Part shown: positions 59,155-64,000 of the stretch, piece by piece
How the letters are laid out: every line of letters starts with the position of its first letter
How positions within the stretch are numbered: position 1 is the stretch's first letter
Origin: Oopsacas minuta
Taxonomy: Eukaryota > Animalia > Porifera
Length of the DNA: 64,000 bases
Direction: 5' to 3'
NCBI GenBank assembly: GCA_024704765.1
Contig: JAKMXF010000188.1
Location: 615,015 to 679,014 of the forward strand
Notes under the pieces: generated by a model
Seen by the model: the letters and a program-made list of their open reading frames with translations, nothing else
Told to the model about the DNA's origin: nothing
The model's database searches: none
Made by a program: the position numbers and the translations under genes

Positions 59155-62100
59155 TTATTGGGGGGGAGGCTGGTACCCGTAAGGAGGGTAATAGGCTCCG
59201 TACATTGGGTAGTAGGGCATTGGCTGAGCTCCGGGTTGTTGTGGTGGGTGTTGTCCGGGCATTACTCCTGGCTGTGGGGGACCCTGTTGAGGCTGAGCAT
59301 AGGGGTAATTAGGGGGAGGAGCTCCGTACACGGGATAGCCAGGGTAGTAGGGGGTAGGATTTGAAGGATGCGGTGTCACTATTGAGCTTGGAGCAGGCTG
59401 TTGAGGGGGAGGAGCTACAGCACGGGGAGGCATAGGCATCTGTTGAGGGGGAGGAGCAGTCGTTGCACCGGCTGGGACGTATGCAGCTGGACGACCTGGA
59501 CCAGAAGGTTTCTTAGAGCTCGACAAAACTTTATCTAAATCTTTACAGAGATCATCTTTCTCTGTCCGTCTGGCAAATGTCAGGTCCCCTACCCTCTGTT
59601 GACACTTGAGTAGCAGATTAGTCAGATCTCCGTAGAACTTAGCTCCCTCCTCTAGGTTTCCGATAAGCTCATTGAACGCTTCGTATCCACTCTGTAGATC
59701 TTTCAGAACCTTCTCTCTGGCAGCTGCACCATCTCCTTGCTGACACTCATTGACAAACTGAGCGTTGACCTGTTTGATCTGCTCAGTGAGAGCTGATCCT
59801 TTCGTCACAGACTCTTGTACTTGCTGTTGTAGCGAGGAATATGTCTCTTGTAGGTGAGTCATAGAGATAGTCTCTTCGTCTACTGAACCCTCAGTCTTGA
59901 GACACTCTAGGAATTTGTTCGCTGGACTAGGTAAGTTGTCTCTGAGAGAAGATTCGATTACCTCTCTCTCTGCCTTCAAGGTTTCAGACTATATAAGAGA
60001 TATTATGAAATATATACTAAGCATAAATACTAAAAAATAATATATTACCTGTTCATATAGCTGCTTTAAGTTTTGTACAACTTGAGCTGAAGAGCCAGAT
60101 CTGCTCGCCGCTCCGCTAGTAGGAATAGAAGCTACTACAGAAGCTTGATCTTGGCTGAGAATTCCAATAGCTTCTCGATTGGCTTGAAACTTGCTATTCA
60201 CAACCTATTACATTGTGACGTCATAAAATATTGGATAAAACATTCATGTGACGTTATGGAGGGATTTGAAATTTTTGGAACTTAAGAAATACATCCAACA
60301 GTACTCGCCGACTACTCGACATTGGAGAAATTTATAGTTGGTGCTTTCTAACGTCGCTTATCTAAACATTAACTAGCATCAAGGTGGATAACATCACAAA
60401 TATACTACTTGTAGATGCAACTCTAATAAGCTTAACCGATTACGACAGAAGTATTACGTTCGTAATGAAAAGGAACACTAAATTTTTACCACCATCTTCA
60501 TCCAATTCCAATACCAAAAACGATATTACAGCACTTTTTTTGGCGTCATAAAATCACACATTTTCCCGGCAGTATTCGGTTAATCCTAATTCAGTAAATC
60601 ACATTGAGTTAAACTTTAAGTAAAGTTAGCTAGGCACATGATATAACCATGGATGGTCCAGATCACGCGAGAATATATAGTATAATAGACAATTAATACA
60701 ATTATCTTGCCTTATCAGCTCCAGTCGCACTTGATAGAATGCCTTGATACTTAGAAATATCAGCTCTGACGTTAACTGTTAACTGAGCTGAGGGCATACG
60801 CGTCCATCTGTCTCCATACTTAGCTCTAACAATAAACAAATTAAAAGATTATGTACAGTAGTATATATCAACTCATATAATGACGTCACTGACCTACATT
60901 CCCCATCCTCTCTGTCTTCCTCGTTCAGAACTCTAACCGTCTCATCCAGGATCTCTTTGTTCCTAATCAGTAGCTCAGGTAGATTCAGTATCATTTCTTC
61001 TAACCTCACCAATCCTCCTTTGCCCCTGACCTCAGCTGATTTGTCTAGCACGGAGGGTGGGGCTCCAGTACCTGAGGTGTCCTCTAAAGCAGCTGGTAGA
61101 TTATATGACGTCAGCAGTGTAGTGAGTTCCTGTGTATTTGCACGCAGTCTTCCTATCTCAGAGTTTACAAGTCCCATCTTCCTCTGCTCATATATCAGTA
61201 GAGCTTCATTCACTTTCAATGGCATCAGCTGAGAGAATAGGTCTACGAAGTTGGATTGAGGGGCGTTGAATGGGAGAGGCTACAATAATGTTATATATCA
61301 AAATATGATATAGTCAAACTTGTCTATATCGAACAAGAAAAGGACTGACCAAAAGTGGCAATTATAGACAAATGTAGTAGTAATTTGAATATAATGGCAG
61401 TTACTATATTCCCTGCAGGATATTTAAGATAATATAGTGTGAGTAGTTAATGATGGGAACCTAACGGACTTGTCAAAGGTGGACTTAATAGAAAGTGACC
61501 GTTATAGACAGGTTTAACGCCATTTATGGACCAAAAAAATTGTGCCCACTGGCCGCGATAAAGAGGTAAATATAATGGGAGAACGGAGGGATTGCTTTTA
61601 AGTGGCCGATAAGTGCAGGTGACCGTTAAGCACGTTTGACTGTAGTAATATTAAATACTAATAAAATTATAGCCTATAAAGATACCTTAGCTAGTGCTGC
61701 CTTTCCTACTGGTTCTATTGTAGCATACTCAGGAACAGGATCACTATATATCATCTTATTATCCTTCAATTCCTTCTCTAGCTTAGTCTTAACTTTAGCC
61801 AGAACACCCTTGATATCATAGAAGCCCTCGCTTCGCTTGACAGCATCTTCTAGACAAGACACTGATTTCTTGAGTCTGGAAATGCTCTCTCCATAATTCT
61901 GATTCTCCAGTGCTACTTTAGCCTGGCTCTCTTCTGCTAGAGCAAGGAATAAACTCTGTTTTGCAGACACAATAGGAATCCATTCTTTCTCCCATTGAGC
62001 TTTGACTGAGCCCTGTTGGAAAGAGGAGAGAGTATCTGCGTAGAGATCACTGGCCTGGTGAGCTAGCTTAGCAATTATCTTCTCCTGCATCTTATCTTTA

Positions 62101-63697
62101 GTAGCCTGTAGGTATATTCAATATAATTTAGTTGTGTAAATTCACTTCCTTGGTCTCATGGTCTGGTGAATGTAAAACTAGTTCCCAAGTAACAATGGCC
62201 ATAATATCGAGATACAGCTGTGTTGGCCTACTAATGCGCCTATTAGCAAGTTCTTTCAAGGACTTATAGACCATTTTGAATAGGAAATAATTCCTCTCTG
62301 ATAGCAAGTTCGCGTATTAGCAGAGAAATTCGTGTAAATACGAATTGTTAGTAGACGAACTCCACTGTATCATTACCCGACAGATAATATACAGAGGAGG
62401 TGGAAGGTGCAAACCTATCATAAAGTATTTACCTTTAGAAAGAAAGCTTCCTGTGCTTGAGCTAACATAAGGTTACACATAGCAGTGGTAGATTCAGCAC
62501 CTAAGTCTGGAGTAGGAGCAATACTCAGGTGTTGATACACGTCATCTCTCAGACGAGTGAAAGTACCAGCTGCTCCCTGGAAGTGTTTACAGGCAGCTTT
62601 CAATCCCTCGTCAGAATCAAAGTTCTGAGCTTTAGCAATCTGGCACTGAAGAGCTCCAATATTGAATAGGAGGCAGCATCTCTCGAATGCTATGTCAACT
62701 GCTGCATGCTTCTTAGCTCCGGATAGAAACCCACCGATGTTGAAGGAATCTTGCCAAGTAAACTTTATTCGAATCTAAAAAATAGAATATAGAGAGTAAT
62801 GCATTAACATATTATAGATAAGTGTTGTTGCTCGTTTTTGAGTTAACTCAGTTAAGCTTGCCAATTAAGAATTGTTACGTAGAATTGGCTCGGCGGTATC
62901 AATCTAGCTGGGAAAATTTGGACCTATCTTCTACGTTTGGGAGTTTTTAAGAAAGACATTTGATGGATTAGCTCTATTTCTAATGAATATCTACGCCAGA
63001 GACTAGGTAGGACACGTTCTTAACCTGACCAAATCTATCCTTACATAACCAAGTTTACTACCGGATAGTTCGTTCTTCCATTCAACCGGATGTTATCAGT
63101 ATTTGACTATCCGCAGAGATGCCAACTCTCACGCCTTACCAGTGAGTCTCTCGCTTTTCAGAGGTCAAAAATGAATTTTCGCGGCATTTTATGATTCTTC
63201 ACTCCACATTTTGAAGCTAAAATGCCAAATCACACGGCTTGACGAGACGCCTGGTTGGCATCTATGTATTCGGTATTGCAGCTATTATCGGTTCGAGCGG
63301 TATAAAACATCATCCTAGCTGACCCCACATGTTGAAACTAATAATGAACAAAAAACTGTTGCATATGTCTAAAAGGACCCTCAGATATAGGTATACCTAT
63401 CCTGGTAAGTCATTAAGTATGGTCGTATATTACCTGACTCTCAGAAATTGGAAGTTTCGTATCTACCACTGTCAGTTGGTCAAAATAGCGAAGTAACACG
63501 TCTAAGCTAGCTTCGTGTTTGTCGGGTACTAGTACACAAGAAGCCTCTCGCAGCTGGTTGAACTCTTTGATCGCGTCTTTGAACTTTCCTGGCGCTTCAT
63601 CGTAGCTGTTGCGAATGAATTTGTTGAAATCTGAAGTGAAGTCAACAGAAGTAGACTTTTTCAGGATTGGAGAAAGGAACTGAAAACCTGTCGCCAT
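59155..63697 (-). CDS. PDCD6IP: Programmed cell death 6-interacting protein (ALIX): BRO1, V domain, proline-rich tail; 7 exons, 838 aa
   Basis: Exons 63434-63697, 62433-62774, 61686-62105, 60894-61279, 60711-60825, 60049-60204, 59155-59988 (2,517 nt, phases match). Motifs LLRYFDQL, FERCCLLFNIGAL, AQAQEAFFLKA, IIAKLA, EGAKFYGDL match ALIX. Confidence 0.95.
63114..63266. mobile_element. hAT-like MITE in ALIX intron 1
   Basis: TIR CAGAGATGCCAAC / GTTGGCATCTATG. No clean 8-bp TSD. Confidence 0.6.
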
Positions 63698-64000
63698 TCT
63701 GTAATTCGGGAAAATAAATATCTAACTGGTATCATAACATAAATATATCAAATTGTACAAATCGAAGTCTCACAAGATCTTTATTATTACATTAATTAAA
63801 GGTAAACCCCCGATATGCGGCACTTTGGGAGCAGGGCTTGTGTCAGGTTGTCGTATTTCGGAGGCGCCGCTTTTATAGGTTTACTTGTGTTGATTAATCA
63901 ACGCATTCCTTTAGAATACCGATTCCTTCTTTGGATAAATTTATTTTATTTCCAAAAAAGTTTCAGAGTTATCTTTCTTCATTTTAGATCAATATAAAGG

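Noticed and set aside
61680-61685. ALIX intron 3 donor GTATCTTT as a U12-type site
   Set aside because: It deviates from RTATCCTT, and there is no TCCTTAAC-like branch point near the acceptor.
47910-63697. Functional cluster of trafficking genes (SEC20, ALIX) with the giant receptor
   Set aside because: Unrelated genes are interspersed and eukaryotic neighbours need not be co-functional. No shared regulatory evidence.
63810-63880. GC-rich stretch upstream of ALIX as a tRNA or snRNA
   Set aside because: No cloverleaf, A/B boxes or Sm site recognised. More likely promoter or the start of the next gene.

Overview
AT-rich eukaryotic (animal) genomic DNA with GT-AG introns and many transposon relics. 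The gene styles suggest a sponge, possibly a glass sponge such as Oopsacas; this is inference. The main feature is one + strand gene that I assembled by hand from 20 phase-compatible exons (5615-42751; 15,312 nt; about 5,103 aa). It joins the large ORFs at 19547 and 31636 with many small ones. It encodes a giant type I membrane protein, in order: signal peptide, vitellogenin/LLTP-like lipid-transfer module, amphipathic helices, LECT2/M23-like pseudo-peptidase, SAP-like motif, hydrophobic beta-rich segment, about 15 FN3/Ig-like DxTPP repeats with a PAN/apple and a GH16-like domain inserted, two cadherin/Big_9-like repeats, two EGF-like domains, a TM helix, and a tail with a FERM-type RKGxY and a PDZ-type ETIL end. 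Intron 7 holds a decayed Hermes/Ac-type hAT transposon. Upstream is a long-inverted-repeat element carrying a USP-like protease pseudogene. Downstream are a 7TM-like intronless gene with a stop at codon 7, BNIP1/SEC20, INTS5, a coiled-coil plus NHL gene, and 7-exon PDCD6IP/ALIX with a GC-AG intron. Introns and intergenic DNA contain Tc1/mariner-, hAT- and piggyBac-like MITEs, foldback palindromes and Helitron-like repeats. All domain calls come from motif recognition, not database searches.
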